Assembly (NCBI GenBank): GCA_963668445.1
Contig: OY764335.1
Coordinates: forward strand, 1,022,083 to 1,086,082
Reading direction: 5' to 3'
Length of the DNA: 64,000 nucleotides
Origin: an uncultured candidatus Porisulfidus sp.
GTDB lineage: Bacteria > Pseudomonadota > Gammaproteobacteria > Poriferisulfidales > Poriferisulfidaceae
The translations under genes and the position numbers were made by a program. Shown here one piece after another: positions 19,564 to 30,948 of the stretch. Each line of letters opens with the position of its first letter. Position 1 is the stretch's first letter. The notes beneath the pieces are model-generated. The model saw only the letters and a program-made list of their open reading frames with translations, was not told where the DNA came from and ran no database searches.

Positions 19564-20661
19564 TTAATGAGGGAACGGCCATATGCGCAGCTTCTGCTTG
19601 GTAGTCAGCCACAGTGCTGCCAGTCCGCCAGGTTCGCGAATCAGCAACGCGATGATCAGAATGCCGTAGATGATCTTGGCCACGTTCTGCACGACGGCAG
19701 TATCGAATGCCCCCGCGAACACGTAGTCGCCGATCCAAGAGAAGAAGATCGGGAACTCGTACACCAGAATCGTGCCGTAGAACGTCCCGGCGATCGAGCC
19801 CAAGCCGCCGATGATGACCATGAACAGCACCTCGAACGAGCGGTTCATTTCGAATGTGCGGATGCCCAGCACCTGCAGATAGCAGAAGCAGAACAGTGCG
19901 CCGCCCACGCCGCAATAGAAGCAGCTGACGAAGAACGCCAGCATCTTGGTGCGCACCACCGGAATGCCGATGACGGACGCTGCAATGTCCATATCGCGCA
20001 CGGCCATGAAGTTGCGCCCGGTATTGCTGCGCATGAGATTCTTGGCGAACAGCGTCAGCACCCCGACGATGCCCAGCGACAGCAGGTATTTGGCTTCGGG
20101 ACTAGCCATGTCTTCAATGCCGAAGGTGTCGCCGATGTAGAAGTAGTCGAACATGTGGTCCGGCAGGGTCACGGTGGCGGTGGCGTAATTCAGGAAATAC
20201 GGATAGGATCGGAAGAACCACAGCGCGAAATACTGCGCGGCCAGCGTCGACACCAGCAGATAGAAGCCCTTGATGCGGATGCTCGGCAAGCCGAAGACCA
20301 AGCCGATCAGGCCGGTGGCTACGCCGCCCAGCATCATCGCCACCGGAAGACTCATCCAACCTTCCGGGGTGCGCAGCATGATGTTGAATGTGAAGAATGC
20401 GCCGAAGCACATGAATCCTGCGGTGCCCAGCGATAGCTGCCCGGTCATGCCGGTCAGGAGGTTCAGGCCGAGCGCCGCGCAGCCGAAGGCCAGAATCGGG
20501 ATCAGATGGGCCGCCAGCCAGTAGTCGCTCGCAATGAGCGGCACGACGAAGACCATGAAGACCAGAAATACAACGATGCCCCACTTGTCGAAAGGAATCG
20601 GAAACAGCTTCCGATCTTCCAGATAGTTGACGCTGTAGGTGCCGGTTTCGCGGTAAAACAT
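19564..20661 (-). CDS. LivM-like ABC permease
   Basis: GLNLLTGMTGQLSLG, GLPSIRIKGFYL, GRNFMAVRD, IIGGLGS. Confidence 0.9.
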   Translation of the reverse strand: MFYRETGTYSVNYLEDRKLFPIPFDKWGIVVFLVFMVFVVPLIASDYWLAAHLIPILAFGCAALGLNLLTGMTGQLSLGTAGFMCFGAFFTFNIMLRTPEGWMSLPVAMMLGGVATGLIGLVFGLPSIRIKGFYLLVSTLAAQYFALWFFRSYPYFLNYATATVTLPDHMFDYFYIGDTFGIEDMASPEAKYLLSLGIVGVLTLFAKNLMRSNTGRNFMAVRDMDIAASVIGIPVVRTKMLAFFVSCFYCGVGGALFCFCYLQVLGIRTFEMNRSFEVLFMVIIGGLGSIAGTFYGTILVYEFPIFFSWIGDYVFAGAFDTAVVQNVAKIIYGILIIALLIREPGGLAALWLTTKQKLRIWPFPH

Positions 20662-20663
20662 GG

Positions 20664-21605
20664 CTAGACCCTCTCAATGTCCTTCAGTCCGAACAGGCCG
20701 GATGGCCGGAACAGCAGGAAAACCAGAGCGATGAAATAGGCGAACCAGCCTTCGATCCCTTGAACGCCGAACAGGTCGCCGACATAGATCTCGCCGAACT
20801 TCTCGCCGACGCCGATGACCAGTCCGCCGACGATGGCGCCGGGGATCGACGTCAGTCCGCCGATCAGGATCACCGGCAGCGCCTTGAGCACCGCTTCCAC
20901 CAGCGTGAACGAAACGCTGACGCGCTCGGCCCACAGGAGGCCTGCGATCAAAGCGATCACGCCGGTCACCGCCCATACCAGCGCCCACACTCGGGACAGC
21001 GGAATGCCTACCGCCATGGCGGCCATGTGGTCGTCCGAAACCGCCCGCAGGGACATGCCGGTGCGCGTCTTCTGGAAGAAGAGGGCCAGGATCAGAATCA
21101 TCGAGCCCGCCACGATGGTGGCGAAGATGTCGAATTTGGAGATCAGGATATCAAGCCACGCGATGTAGTCGGAGACGAAAATGGTCATGTTGACCGGGTC
21201 CAGAAGCGCCAGATCCAAGAAGTCGGCCATCTGCAGGCCGTGGATGGCGGAATCCCATACGTACTGGGCCATGCCCTCGATCAGCGTGGCCAAGCCGACC
21301 GTCGCCATGAACAGCGACAGCAGCGATTGGTTCGCGAGCGGGCGCATCATGAAGCGTTCGACCAGAATGCCGAACACCACCATGGTCGCCATGGTAATCA
21401 GCAGCGCCACCCAGAAGTTGACGCTGCCTTCCGTCAGCTTGACGAACGTCAGGGACGCGAACAGCAGCATCGTGCCCTGCGCAAAGTTGAAGATGCCGGA
21501 TGATTTGTAGATCAGCACGAAGCCGATGGCCACCAGCGAATACATGACGCCGGACATCAGGCCGCCGAGGACCACTTCAATGAAAAAGACCCAATCGAAT
21601 CCCAT
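20664..21605 (-). CDS. LivH-like ABC permease
   Basis: YSLVAIGFVLIYKSSGIFNFAQG, TGMSLRAVSDD, IGGLTSIPGAIVGG. Confidence 0.9.
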   Translation of the reverse strand: MGFDWVFFIEVVLGGLMSGVMYSLVAIGFVLIYKSSGIFNFAQGTMLLFASLTFVKLTEGSVNFWVALLITMATMVVFGILVERFMMRPLANQSLLSLFMATVGLATLIEGMAQYVWDSAIHGLQMADFLDLALLDPVNMTIFVSDYIAWLDILISKFDIFATIVAGSMILILALFFQKTRTGMSLRAVSDDHMAAMAVGIPLSRVWALVWAVTGVIALIAGLLWAERVSVSFTLVEAVLKALPVILIGGLTSIPGAIVGGLVIGVGEKFGEIYVGDLFGVQGIEGWFAYFIALVFLLFRPSGLFGLKDIERV

Positions 21606-21618
21606 GCCCGCCTCCGCG

Positions 21619-22407
21619 TCAGTGGCTCACGCCCAGATAGGCGTCGATCACCTTCTGGTTGCTCTTGACTTCATCCGGCGTGCCGTCGCCGATTTTTTCG
21701 CCGTAGTCCAGCACCACGACATGATCGGAAATATCCATCACCACGCTCATGTCGTGCTCGATCAGCACGATGGTCGTGCCGAACTCGCGGTTGACTTCGA
21801 GCGCGAAGCAGGACATGTCCTTCTTCTCTTCCAAATTCATGCCGGTCATCGGCTCGTCCTGCAGCAGCATGGACGGCTCCGCAACCAGCGCGCGCGCCAA
21901 TTCGACGCGCTTCTGCAGGCCGTACGGCAGCTTGCTGACCGGCGTCTTGCGGATGCCTTGCAGGTGCAGGAACTCAATGACCTCTTCGGCGGCCCGGCGG
22001 TTCTCGATCTCCTCGCGCCGCGCCCGTCCGATGTTCAGCCCCTGCTCGACCCATGTGGAGCGGATCTTCAGGTTGCGGCCGGTCATGATGTTCTCGAGCA
22101 CGGTCATGCCTTGGAACAGCGCAATGTTCTGGAAGGTGCGCGCCATGCCCATCTGGGCGATCTGGCGCGGCCGCATGCGGGTGCATTCCTGGCCCTTGAA
22201 CTCGACGCGACCCTTCTGCGGGATGTACACGCCGTTGATGACGTTCAGCATGGAGCTCTTGCCGGCGCCATTCGGCCCGATGACCGCGCAAATTTCGCCC
22301 TGCTTCACGTTGAAGCTGATGCCGTCGAGGGCAACCACGCCGCCGAACGACAGCGTGATATCTTCAACGCGCAGGATCTGGTCGTCGTCAGGCATAGTCC
22401 TTGTCAT
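21619..22407 (-). CDS. LivG-like ABC ATP-binding subunit
   Basis: GPNGAGKSS, ARTFQNIALF, LPYGLQKRVELARAL; alternative start at 22395. Confidence 0.9.
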   Translation of the reverse strand: MTRTMPDDDQILRVEDITLSFGGVVALDGISFNVKQGEICAVIGPNGAGKSSMLNVINGVYIPQKGRVEFKGQECTRMRPRQIAQMGMARTFQNIALFQGMTVLENIMTGRNLKIRSTWVEQGLNIGRARREEIENRRAAEEVIEFLHLQGIRKTPVSKLPYGLQKRVELARALVAEPSMLLQDEPMTGMNLEEKKDMSCFALEVNREFGTTIVLIEHDMSVVMDISDHVVVLDYGEKIGDGTPDEVKSNQKVIDAYLGVSH

Positions 22408-22412
22408 CCTCT

Positions 22413-24281
22413 TCAGTCCGCCCGGGCTACGTCATCCATCGGCAGCGTGTAGGAGCGGTTGTCCGCGGTGTCCGTGTAAGTGTACTCCATGGCGCCGTTG
22501 TACAGGGCCTCGATCAGCCCTTGGTGCCGTTCGGCGATCGCGGTCCAACGCAATTTGCGCGTCGAGGTGACCTCGCCGGCGGAAGCCATGAACTCGCGGT
22601 TCATGATCGCGAAACGGCGCAATTGAAAGCCGGATTCCGCCGCCTCCTGGGCCAGTTGCGCGTTGGCGTTCTGCAAGCACTCGCGCACCAGTTCGCGCAG
22701 TTGGGGATGCACGGCCAGATCCGCATAGCCGGTATAGCGCAGGTTGCGACGGTCGGCCCAAGTGCGGCAGATGGTGCCGTCGATTGTGATGATGGCGGCC
22801 GGGTAGTCGCGCCCATCGCCAATCACGAGGGCCTGCTTGATGTATTCGGAGGAATGCAGGTGGAGCTCGGCTCGGTACGGTTTGAACGGGCTGCCGTCGC
22901 GCAGCTGCCCCGTTCGAGCAATTTGCCCGTGCACGTGCAGACGGCCTTCCGCATCGATCTCACCGGTATCGTACGTGCGCACCCAGCCGTCCTTGATGCG
23001 CTCGGCCGTCGCTTCCGGGTTCTTGTAGATGCCGCGCATTTGCCCAGGGCCGCGGAACCAGATTTCGCCACTGTCGACACGCAGCTCCGTATCGTCGAGC
23101 GGCGGGCCGACGGAATCCGAATTCCAGTCCGCATCCGATTGCAGAGTCACGCAGCCGCAGCCTTCCGCCAAGCCGTAGGTCTCACGCAATTCGATGCCGA
23201 TCGCCCGGAAGAAGAGGAAGACGTTCGGCGGGATGGCCTCGCCGCCGCACAGCGCCAAGCGGACGCGGCTCAGTCCGTAGACATTGCGCACCGGCGCAAA
23301 CGTGGTGAGCAGCGCGAACTTGGAGCGCAGCCAAGTTGCCGGCGGCACGGTCTTGCCGTCCATCCGGTACTGCGCCGCCTTCATCGCGGCGCGCAAGGCG
23401 CGGTTGTACAGCCGGGTGTCCATGCCGGTGCCGCTCTCGACCCGGTTGGCGGCATGGGTATATATGTATTTGTAGACGTAGGAGGGCCCGTACAGGATGC
23501 TGGGGCCGATTTCCTGAATGTTCTCCAGCACCGTGTCGTCGCTTTCCGGACAGTTCACGGAGCACCCGGACGCTAGGGTCATGGCGTAGGCGAACAGCAT
23601 GTCGCTGACGGACGCCAGCGGCAGATAGGCCATCAGGTTGTCGCGGGGGGTGATGTTCTTACGCACGACCACACTGCGGGCCGTTGCGATCAAGGCTCCT
23701 TGGGACAGTTCGACCAACTGTGCTTCGCCGCCAGTGCCGGACGTTGCCATGATGGCGGCAATATCGTCGGGACTGCCCTGCCCTTGCAGTTCCTCCAGAT
23801 AGCTGGCCGACGGCTCGATGCCTTCCAGCACCGTCTCGAGCCGCACCATTTCCTGATGCTCGTAGGTTCCCATGCCGCGATCGTTGATGTAGATGATTTC
23901 GCGCACGCAGGTCTGGCCGCACTCCAGAAGCGCATCAATGTGCTGCTGCTCCACGGCGAACACGAATTCCACGTCGGCGCCGTGCACCAGATCCCGAAGC
24001 CCGTCCCCATAGGTGTTGGTGCCGATCGGCACCACCGAGGCGCCGAGACTGTGCGCGGCCGTGTAGGCCAAGTACATGTCGGTGCTGTTCGGGCCGAATA
24101 CGCCGAGCTTGGCACCTTTGCCGATGCCGCGCCGGCTAAGCCCTTGGGCCAGCATCGAGGTCCGGTCGCGCAGCTGCGCCCATGTCGTCACATCCCAAAT
24201 GCCGAGCTGCTTGTTACGGATGGCAACGCCGTCCGGCCGACTTTCAGCCCGCTCTAGCAGCAAGGAAAGAAACATATCCAT
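22413..24281 (-). CDS. Long-chain acyl-CoA synthetase-like AMP-binding protein with degenerate motifs
   Basis: RNKQLGIW, AYLPLA, LCGGEAI, TYGLAEG, GEIWFRGP, GEVTSTRKLR; P-loop reads ATSGTGGEAQ. Confidence 0.8.
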   Translation of the reverse strand: MDMFLSLLLERAESRPDGVAIRNKQLGIWDVTTWAQLRDRTSMLAQGLSRRGIGKGAKLGVFGPNSTDMYLAYTAAHSLGASVVPIGTNTYGDGLRDLVHGADVEFVFAVEQQHIDALLECGQTCVREIIYINDRGMGTYEHQEMVRLETVLEGIEPSASYLEELQGQGSPDDIAAIMATSGTGGEAQLVELSQGALIATARSVVVRKNITPRDNLMAYLPLASVSDMLFAYAMTLASGCSVNCPESDDTVLENIQEIGPSILYGPSYVYKYIYTHAANRVESGTGMDTRLYNRALRAAMKAAQYRMDGKTVPPATWLRSKFALLTTFAPVRNVYGLSRVRLALCGGEAIPPNVFLFFRAIGIELRETYGLAEGCGCVTLQSDADWNSDSVGPPLDDTELRVDSGEIWFRGPGQMRGIYKNPEATAERIKDGWVRTYDTGEIDAEGRLHVHGQIARTGQLRDGSPFKPYRAELHLHSSEYIKQALVIGDGRDYPAAIITIDGTICRTWADRRNLRYTGYADLAVHPQLRELVRECLQNANAQLAQEAAESGFQLRRFAIMNREFMASAGEVTSTRKLRWTAIAERHQGLIEALYNGAMEYTYTDTADNRSYTLPMDDVARAD

Positions 24282-24388
24282 GATTGAATTTTAATCCATT
24301 GGCCTCAGTCGGCGGCGGTCTCCCCCAAGCGGTCTTCGGCGCATGTCCGAATTCCGTGATGGGGCGCATTATACCCGAAAGTCGACGG

Positions 24389-24853
24389 TCATGACTCCCG
24401 TCGCGCCTGAAAGAAATTTCGCAGCCGCGCGCCGCAAGGTTCCGCGCAAATGCCCCCTGCAACCGCGAAACGGTGGTTCAGGCAGGACAGGGCCGTCGCA
24501 TCGAAAGCGCCGCCCAAACCGCCAGCCTTGGGATCGGGCGCGCCGAACACCAGACGCGCCAATCGTGCCGCCACGGCCGCGCCGACGCACATCAGGCACG
24601 GCTCCAGCGTCACGTACAAGGTCGCGCCAGGCAGGCGGTAGTTGCCGAGCTTGGCGGCGGCCTCGCGCAGCGCCACGATTTCGGCGTGCGCGCTCGGGTC
24701 ATGCGTCCGGATGCTGCGGTTGAAGCCGGTGCCGATCAGATCGCCGTCCAGCGTCACCAGCGCCCCCACCGGCACTTCGCCGGCGGCGGCGGCCCGGTCC
24801 GCCAGTTCCAGCGCCTTGCGCATCCAGCGTTCGTCCTCGGGCGGTTCGCTCAT
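24389..24853 (-). CDS. tadA: tRNA adenosine(34) deaminase
   Basis: [22 protein letters not shown]; ATGA overlap with guaA stop. Confidence 0.93.
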   Translation of the reverse strand: MSEPPEDERWMRKALELADRAAAAGEVPVGALVTLDGDLIGTGFNRSIRTHDPSAHAEIVALREAAAKLGNYRLPGATLYVTLEPCLMCVGAAVAARLARLVFGAPDPKAGGLGGAFDATALSCLNHRFAVAGGICAEPCGARLRNFFQARRES

Positions 24854-26406
24854 TCCCATTCCACGGTCGCCGGCGGCTTGCTGGAAATGTCGTAGCACAC
24901 GCGGGCGATGCCATCGACTTCGTTGATGATGCGCCGGGCGCACCGTTCCAGGAACTCGCCCGGCAGCCGCGCCCATCCGGCGGTCATGAAGTCTTGCGTC
25001 TCGACCGCGCGCAAACTGACGACGTAGTCGTAGCGGCGCCCGTCGCCCATCACGCCGACCGCGCGCACCGGCAGGAACACGACGAACGCCTGCGCCACCC
25101 GGTCGTACAAGTCCCAAGCCCGAAGCTCCTCGATGAAAATATGGTCGGCTGCGCGCAGCAGGTCGGCGTATTCGCGCCGCACTTCGCCCAAGATGCGCAC
25201 GGCCAGCCCCGGTCCCGGAAACGGATGGCGGCCGATTCGCTCGGTCGACAGGCCGAGCACTCGACCGACCTCGCGCACCTCGTCCTTGAACAGTTCTCGC
25301 AACGGCTCCACCAGCTGCAGATGCAGGGTCTCCGGCAGCCCTCCCACGTTGTGGTGCGATTTGATCAGGTGCGCCTTATTGGTGGCGGCGGCGGCCGACT
25401 CGATGACGTCCGGGTAGATGGTGCCCTGCGCCAGCCAGCGCACATTCGGCAATTGCTGCGCCTCTTCTTGGAAGACATGGATGAATTCGCGGCCGATGAT
25501 GCGGCGCTTTTCTTCCGGATCCGCGACGCCGGCCAGCGCATTCAGGAAGCGGTCCTGCGCCTCGATGCGCCGTACGCGCACGCCGAGTTCGCCGAACGCC
25601 TCCATCACCTGGTCCGCCTCGTACAGCCGCAGCAGCCCGTTGTCGACGAAGATACAGGTCAGCTGTTCGCCGATCGCCCGGGCCAACAACGCTGCCACCA
25701 CGGAGGAGTCCACGCCGCCGGACAGCGCCAGCACCACGCCGTCGCCGCCCACCTGCTTCCGCACCGCCGCAATGCGATCTTCGACGATGGCGGCCGGGCT
25801 CCACAGCCCGTGGCAGCGGCACTGCTCGCGCACGAAGCATTCCAGCAGCCGCTGGCCGCCCGGCGTATGCGTCACTTCCGGATGAAACTGCAGACCGAAC
25901 CAAGGCTTCGACTCGTGCGCGATCGCCGCGATCGGGACGTTTTCGGTAGAGGCCAGCACGGCGAAGCCGTCCGGTGCCGTATCCACGTGGTCGCCGTGCG
26001 ACATCCAGACGGAGGCTTCGGCGCCGTGGCCCAGCGCCTCCAGCAGCGCGTGGGCGCCGTGGCCCCGCAGCACAGCGTGCCCGAATTCGCGACGCTGCCC
26101 GGCATGGACGGTCGCGCCGAAGCGCCGTGCCAACGCCTGCATGCCGTAGCAGATGCCGAGCACCGGGACATCGAGTTCCAGCACGGCTTCCGGCACGGGC
26201 GGATGCGCTTCGAGGGTGGCGGACTCCGGGCCGCCCGACAGGATGATGCCGCACGGCGCAAACGCCCGGATGCGCTCGTCGCCGGCATCGCAGGGATAGA
26301 TTTCGCAGTAGCAGCCTGCTTCGCGCACGCGCCGCGCAATCAGTTGGGCGTATTGCGAGCCGAAATCCAGCACTAGGATCCGCTCGGCGTGAATGTCCGC
26401 GGACAC
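24850..26406 (-). CDS. guaA: GMP synthase (glutamine-hydrolysing)
   Basis: [50 protein letters not shown]. Confidence 0.97.
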   Translation of the reverse strand: MSADIHAERILVLDFGSQYAQLIARRVREAGCYCEIYPCDAGDERIRAFAPCGIILSGGPESATLEAHPPVPEAVLELDVPVLGICYGMQALARRFGATVHAGQRREFGHAVLRGHGAHALLEALGHGAEASVWMSHGDHVDTAPDGFAVLASTENVPIAAIAHESKPWFGLQFHPEVTHTPGGQRLLECFVREQCRCHGLWSPAAIVEDRIAAVRKQVGGDGVVLALSGGVDSSVVAALLARAIGEQLTCIFVDNGLLRLYEADQVMEAFGELGVRVRRIEAQDRFLNALAGVADPEEKRRIIGREFIHVFQEEAQQLPNVRWLAQGTIYPDVIESAAAATNKAHLIKSHHNVGGLPETLHLQLVEPLRELFKDEVREVGRVLGLSTERIGRHPFPGPGLAVRILGEVRREYADLLRAADHIFIEELRAWDLYDRVAQAFVVFLPVRAVGVMGDGRRYDYVVSLRAVETQDFMTAGWARLPGEFLERCARRIINEVDGIARVCYDISSKPPATVEWE

Positions 26407-26409
26407 GGG

Positions 26410-27876
26410 CTAGATCTCGGTGCGGTAGTTCGGCGCCTCTTTGGTGATCACCACATCGTGCGCATGGCCTTCCCGCAGGCCGGCCAGCGTGACGCGAATC
26501 AGTCGCGCGCGCCGGTGCAGTTCGTCCAGCGTGCCGGCGCCGACGTAGCCCATGCCGGAACGCACGCCGCCGATCAACTGATGCGCCACGGCCGACAGCG
26601 GCCCCTTGTACGGCACGCGCCCCTCGATGCCTTCCGGCACCAGCTTGCTGCGCTCCTCTTGCCCACTCTGGAAATAGCGCTCCTTCGAACCTTGCTGCAT
26701 CGCGGCCAGCGAGCCCATGCCGCGGTACATTTTGTACGAGCGGCCCTGGTACAGTTCCACGTCGCCCGGCGCCTCGCTCACACCGGCGAACAGGCTGCCA
26801 ATCATGACCGTCGAAGCACCGGCTGCCAACGCCTTGACCGCATCGCCGGAGTAGCGGATGCCGCCGTCCGCGATGATCGGCACGCCGCGTTCCTGCAGGG
26901 CCGCGCTGGCTTGCAGGATGGCCGTGATCTGCGGCACGCCGACGCCGGCCACCACGCGGGTCGTGCAAATGGACCCGGGGCCGACGCCGACCTTGACGGC
27001 GCTCGCGCCGGCATCGGCCAGCGCCAAAGCGCCTTCCCCTGTCGCCACGTTGCCGGCCATGAGCGCCAATCCCGGGTGGACGGCGCGAATCTCCCGCACC
27101 CGCTGCAGGACGCCTTCGGCATGCCCGTGCGCGCTGTCCAGAGCCACCACATCCGCACCGGCCGCGACCAGCGCCTCGACCCGCGCCATGCCGTCCGCCT
27201 CGGCGCCGACCGCGCCGCCCACGCGCAGACGCCCGTGCTCGTCCTTGCACGAATTCGGGTAGTCGGTCGCCTTCTGAATGTCCTTCACCGTAACCATGCC
27301 GCGCAAATGGAAGGCCTCGTCTACGATCAGCAGCTTCTCAATGCGGTGCTCGCGCAACAGCTCCTGCACGACATCCAGTGCCGTGCCTTCGGGCGCCGTC
27401 ACCAAGCGTTCCCTCGGCGTCATGACAGTGGCGACGGTCGCGTCCAAATGCGTTTCGAAGCGCAGGTCGCGATGGGTGACGATGCCGACCAGATCGTCGC
27501 CATCCACCACCGGCACGCCGGAAATGTTGTGCGCCCGCGTCAGTTCCAGCACTTCGCCGACCGTGGCGGCGGAATGGATGGTCAACGGTTCGCGAATGAC
27601 GCCGCTTTCGTATTTCTTGACCCGCCGCACCTGCGCGGCCTGCGCCTCGATGCTCTGATTCTTGTGGACGATGCCCAGTCCGCCTTCCTGTGCCATGGCG
27701 ATGGCCAATTCCGCTTCGGTCACGGTGTCCATGGCGGCCGACACGAACGGGATGCGCAACTGGATGTCGGCGGTGAGCGGCGCCGCCAAGTCCACCTCCC
27801 GCGGCAGCACCTCGGAATGGCCCGGCACCAGCAGCACATCGTCGAAGGTCAACGCTTCTTCGACCGCAACGGCCAT
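26410..27876 (-). CDS. guaB: IMP dehydrogenase with CBS pair
   Basis: [51 protein letters not shown]. Confidence 0.97.
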   Translation of the reverse strand: MAVAVEEALTFDDVLLVPGHSEVLPREVDLAAPLTADIQLRIPFVSAAMDTVTEAELAIAMAQEGGLGIVHKNQSIEAQAAQVRRVKKYESGVIREPLTIHSAATVGEVLELTRAHNISGVPVVDGDDLVGIVTHRDLRFETHLDATVATVMTPRERLVTAPEGTALDVVQELLREHRIEKLLIVDEAFHLRGMVTVKDIQKATDYPNSCKDEHGRLRVGGAVGAEADGMARVEALVAAGADVVALDSAHGHAEGVLQRVREIRAVHPGLALMAGNVATGEGALALADAGASAVKVGVGPGSICTTRVVAGVGVPQITAILQASAALQERGVPIIADGGIRYSGDAVKALAAGASTVMIGSLFAGVSEAPGDVELYQGRSYKMYRGMGSLAAMQQGSKERYFQSGQEERSKLVPEGIEGRVPYKGPLSAVAHQLIGGVRSGMGYVGAGTLDELHRRARLIRVTLAGLREGHAHDVVITKEAPNYRTEI

Positions 27877-28081
27877 CACTCGAACCCGCGAAAGTGCCAC
27901 ATCAGGCCGCTATCATAATGTATGGCGCTCCCGGCGCGCGACTCTCCCTGGCGGCGCACGCTTGCATTCGCCCAGAGGCACGGCGCCATGCGTGCCCTTC
28001 AAAGGCGCAGCAGAGGCCAGACCAAGCCGCCGAAGCGTCTTCGTTCATGGGTCCCAAGGGTTCACAGCGGATTCCATAAAA

Positions 28082-30163
28082 CTATGGCTGCAAGGGGCTG
28101 AAGTTCAAAAAATGCGATGGGCGGGCCGGCTTCGCCTTGACATTCCGCAACCGGGCGATGGCCTTGAAGGCATCGTTGTCGGGATGCGGGTTGACGGCCC
28201 GGGATTTGCGGTACAAATGCATGGCGGCCTTCTCGCGGCCGCGCCGTTCGGCCAGCAGCCCGTTCAGATAGAACCGGGCAGCCATCTCCTTCTTGAACAA
28301 GGCTTCATGCTTCAGCGTCTCCAACTGCGGCAGCCACTGCCCGGCCAAGTCCCAGTGGTGTGCCTCGCCATGCTCCAGCAGCACGGACGTGATGCCGGTG
28401 ATGCAGTGGTAGTTCCGGCCCACATGCCCGTACAACGGCTGCATGGGCTCCAGCATGATCGGGTTGTCGGTCAATCGAACATAGCCCAAATAGCGGCAGT
28501 ACTGGTGCAGCAGGCCGTTGCGCCCGGCGCGCTCCCAGAGATCCGCGTATTGGGCGTCCATCAGATGCAGGAAATACTTCTCCCCGGCCGGGTCGCGCGT
28601 AAGCTCCATGTTGTCTTTGCCGGATGCGGCGAAGATGCGCATCAGGAACCCGGACAGGCGGCCCTTGCGCTCACGCGGGAACAGATCCGCATCGAAATTC
28701 ATCGGCAGGAAGACCGGGTGTTCGGACGCATCGATGAATGCCTCGAGCACATCGCGCCTTTCAGACGTCGGCAGCAGAGGATCGAATAGGCGATTGCCGT
28801 AGGCAAGTCCCGACAGGCTCAACAATTGCACGTCCGGGCGGCGTTGCGCCACGAAATGGTGGTAGCCCAGAGTGCCGGTTTCAATGTCGGAGAAGGCGAA
28901 CAGCACCGCATTCGGCGGCAGGCCGTCCAGCATGTATGCGGCGAAGTGCTCCGCGAAATCGCTCTCGGCACGGCCGTTCGTCTCCCAATGAGCTTGTACG
29001 GAACTGCCGACCATCAGCAACCCGGCCAAGGCCGCGAGCCCCGATGCAGGCCAGCGGCTGGGAAAGCGCATGCCGGCCAAGCGCGAAGGGCACCGCTCCA
29101 TGAGGAACTGGACGCCGACCGCCAGCCACATCGCAAGCACGCCGAAGCATACCAGCGGGTACGGCCGAAACACCGCGGTCCAAAACGGATCGAAGTCGAA
29201 GTTGAGCAGCAGAATCAGCGCGAAGCCGTTGCCGGCGAACACCAGAAGGCCAGAGGCGGCCGCCGCAAGCTGGCGGCGGCGCAACAGTACCAGCAGGCCC
29301 AACAGGCCCAGCACGAATCCGGGCAGCGTCAACTGCCAAACGATTTCGTGGCCGAACCATTGCAGGTATGCGAAGCGGTCGGCCCATCCGGCACTGGCGC
29401 TGGCATCCACGCTCGCGTAGCCTTGGCGGCTCAGATAGAACCAGAACCGATCCCAGTTGTCGATGGCACCATAGAAGCTGAACAGCGGCGCCTGCTGAGA
29501 ACGCCAGACCAGCCAAGCATACGGCAGCACGGCGCAAGGCAGCGCAATGCCCAGCAGCATCGGCAGCCGTTTGAGGATGCGACGCCGCGCCGGCAGGGCT
29601 GCCGCCAGCAAACCTGGCGTCGCCAATGCCATGAGCGGCCAATGGTTGGCCATGCTCAGCCCGTACACGGCCGCAGCAGTCAGCCACGGCCAGATGCGTT
29701 CCGGACTCCGGACGGCATGCAAAGCCAGCGTATAGACGGCAAAGAACAGCAGCGCATTGAGGGCGTAGACTTCCGTGATGACGGCTTGCGACCAAAAGCA
29801 TTCCGAAGCGCCAAACAGCCATGCGGCCATCACGGCCGGAAGCGTCGAGGCTCCCAGAAGCCGTGCGCCCCAGAACACGAAACCGCAGGCCAAAGCGCCA
29901 AGCACGGCGCTGGACAGATGCCCGAGCAACGCGGGCGTGCCGAACGGCAATTGCATGAACGCATGGCAGACCCACGTGTGCAATGGATAGCCAGGCGGAT
30001 GCGCAATGCCCAAATGCTGCCCGGCCATTAGGAACAGGCCGTCGTCCTCCAGCACGACATCGTGCGGCAGGGACAGCGCATACAGCACGAACGGCCCGCC
30101 GGTGGCAGCCATCCATGCCAGCACGCCCGGCATGGAACGCGCGAACGGAGACACCATCACCAT
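28082..30163 (-). CDS. DUF2723 / TMEM260-like GT-C membrane glycosyltransferase with C-terminal TPR-like helices
   Basis: [52 protein letters not shown]; many TM segments. Confidence 0.75.
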   Translation of the reverse strand: MVMVSPFARSMPGVLAWMAATGGPFVLYALSLPHDVVLEDDGLFLMAGQHLGIAHPPGYPLHTWVCHAFMQLPFGTPALLGHLSSAVLGALACGFVFWGARLLGASTLPAVMAAWLFGASECFWSQAVITEVYALNALLFFAVYTLALHAVRSPERIWPWLTAAAVYGLSMANHWPLMALATPGLLAAALPARRRILKRLPMLLGIALPCAVLPYAWLVWRSQQAPLFSFYGAIDNWDRFWFYLSRQGYASVDASASAGWADRFAYLQWFGHEIVWQLTLPGFVLGLLGLLVLLRRRQLAAAASGLLVFAGNGFALILLLNFDFDPFWTAVFRPYPLVCFGVLAMWLAVGVQFLMERCPSRLAGMRFPSRWPASGLAALAGLLMVGSSVQAHWETNGRAESDFAEHFAAYMLDGLPPNAVLFAFSDIETGTLGYHHFVAQRRPDVQLLSLSGLAYGNRLFDPLLPTSERRDVLEAFIDASEHPVFLPMNFDADLFPRERKGRLSGFLMRIFAASGKDNMELTRDPAGEKYFLHLMDAQYADLWERAGRNGLLHQYCRYLGYVRLTDNPIMLEPMQPLYGHVGRNYHCITGITSVLLEHGEAHHWDLAGQWLPQLETLKHEALFKKEMAARFYLNGLLAERRGREKAAMHLYRKSRAVNPHPDNDAFKAIARLRNVKAKPARPSHFLNFSPLQP

Positions 30164-30549
30164 GGCTGGCGTACGGCTCCGGAGAGCCCCATGCAAAACC
30201 TTCTGCCCGACCCGCAACGGCCCGGCTTCGGCCAGCTACATTCCACCTGCACCCCCTTGATTACGCACATCCAGACGCGTTGCAGCATCGGCAGCCATGC
30301 CGACGAGCCGCCGCCGCACGCCACGCCTCCCGTACCGGGATAAGGCCTGTACGCGCCAACACGCGGTGCCGGCACGCGGATGTGCACTTGCATCAAGCCA
30401 GTCTTTCTGCGCGCCTGCCAGCGCTGCATATTTTAGAGACCTCAGGATTCTGCGTGGAACGCGCCCATGCGCAAGCAAAGCCTGCATCCGCCGAAAGCCG
30501 CCGTTGCCGGGCCACAAAGCGGCATCGGCTCCCGGCATCATGCTTCTTG

Positions 30550-30577
30550 GGAACTTGCGCGTGGCGCGCCTGACTAA
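30550..30577 (+). promoter_or_regulatory. Candidate ECF (RpoE-like) promoter upstream of the bufferin precursor
   Basis: GGAACTT-N15-GACTAA, about 76 nt before the ATG. Confidence 0.3.
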
Positions 30578-30653
30578 ACAATGCCGCTCCGTCCAGAATG
30601 GAGCGCGACCGGCAATGCTTGCCATTTCCTATCCCTACCGAGGACTCTCCAAA

Positions 30654-30938
30654 ATGAAACAATCCCAACCCTTGACCACCGGCCTGCTCGCATTGGCACT
30701 GAGTTCCGGCTTGGCCAGCACCGCGGCGCTGGCTGTTCCGGATGCCCCCAAAAACTGGGAGAAGTGCACCGGCATCGCCAAGGCCGGCATGAACGACTGC
30801 GGCGCCACCGACGGCGCCCACAGGTGTGCCGGAGCCGCTCCGGAAGACGGCATGGAAACCGAGTGGGTCTATGTCCCTGAAGGCACCTGCGAGAAGATCG
30901 TCGGCGGCACGGTGCATGCCGTCAAACCGGCCAAGTAA
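30654..30938 (+). CDS. bufA1: DUF2282 / BufA1-type RiPP precursor (signal peptide, 4 Cys)
   Basis: Sec signal; [31 protein letters not shown]; RBS GAGGA. Confidence 0.85.
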   Translation: MKQSQPLTTGLLALALSSGLASTAALAVPDAPKNWEKCTGIAKAGMNDCGATDGAHRCAGAAPEDGMETEWVYVPEGTCEKIVGGTVHAVKPAK

Positions 30939-30948
30939 GCTCCTCTTC

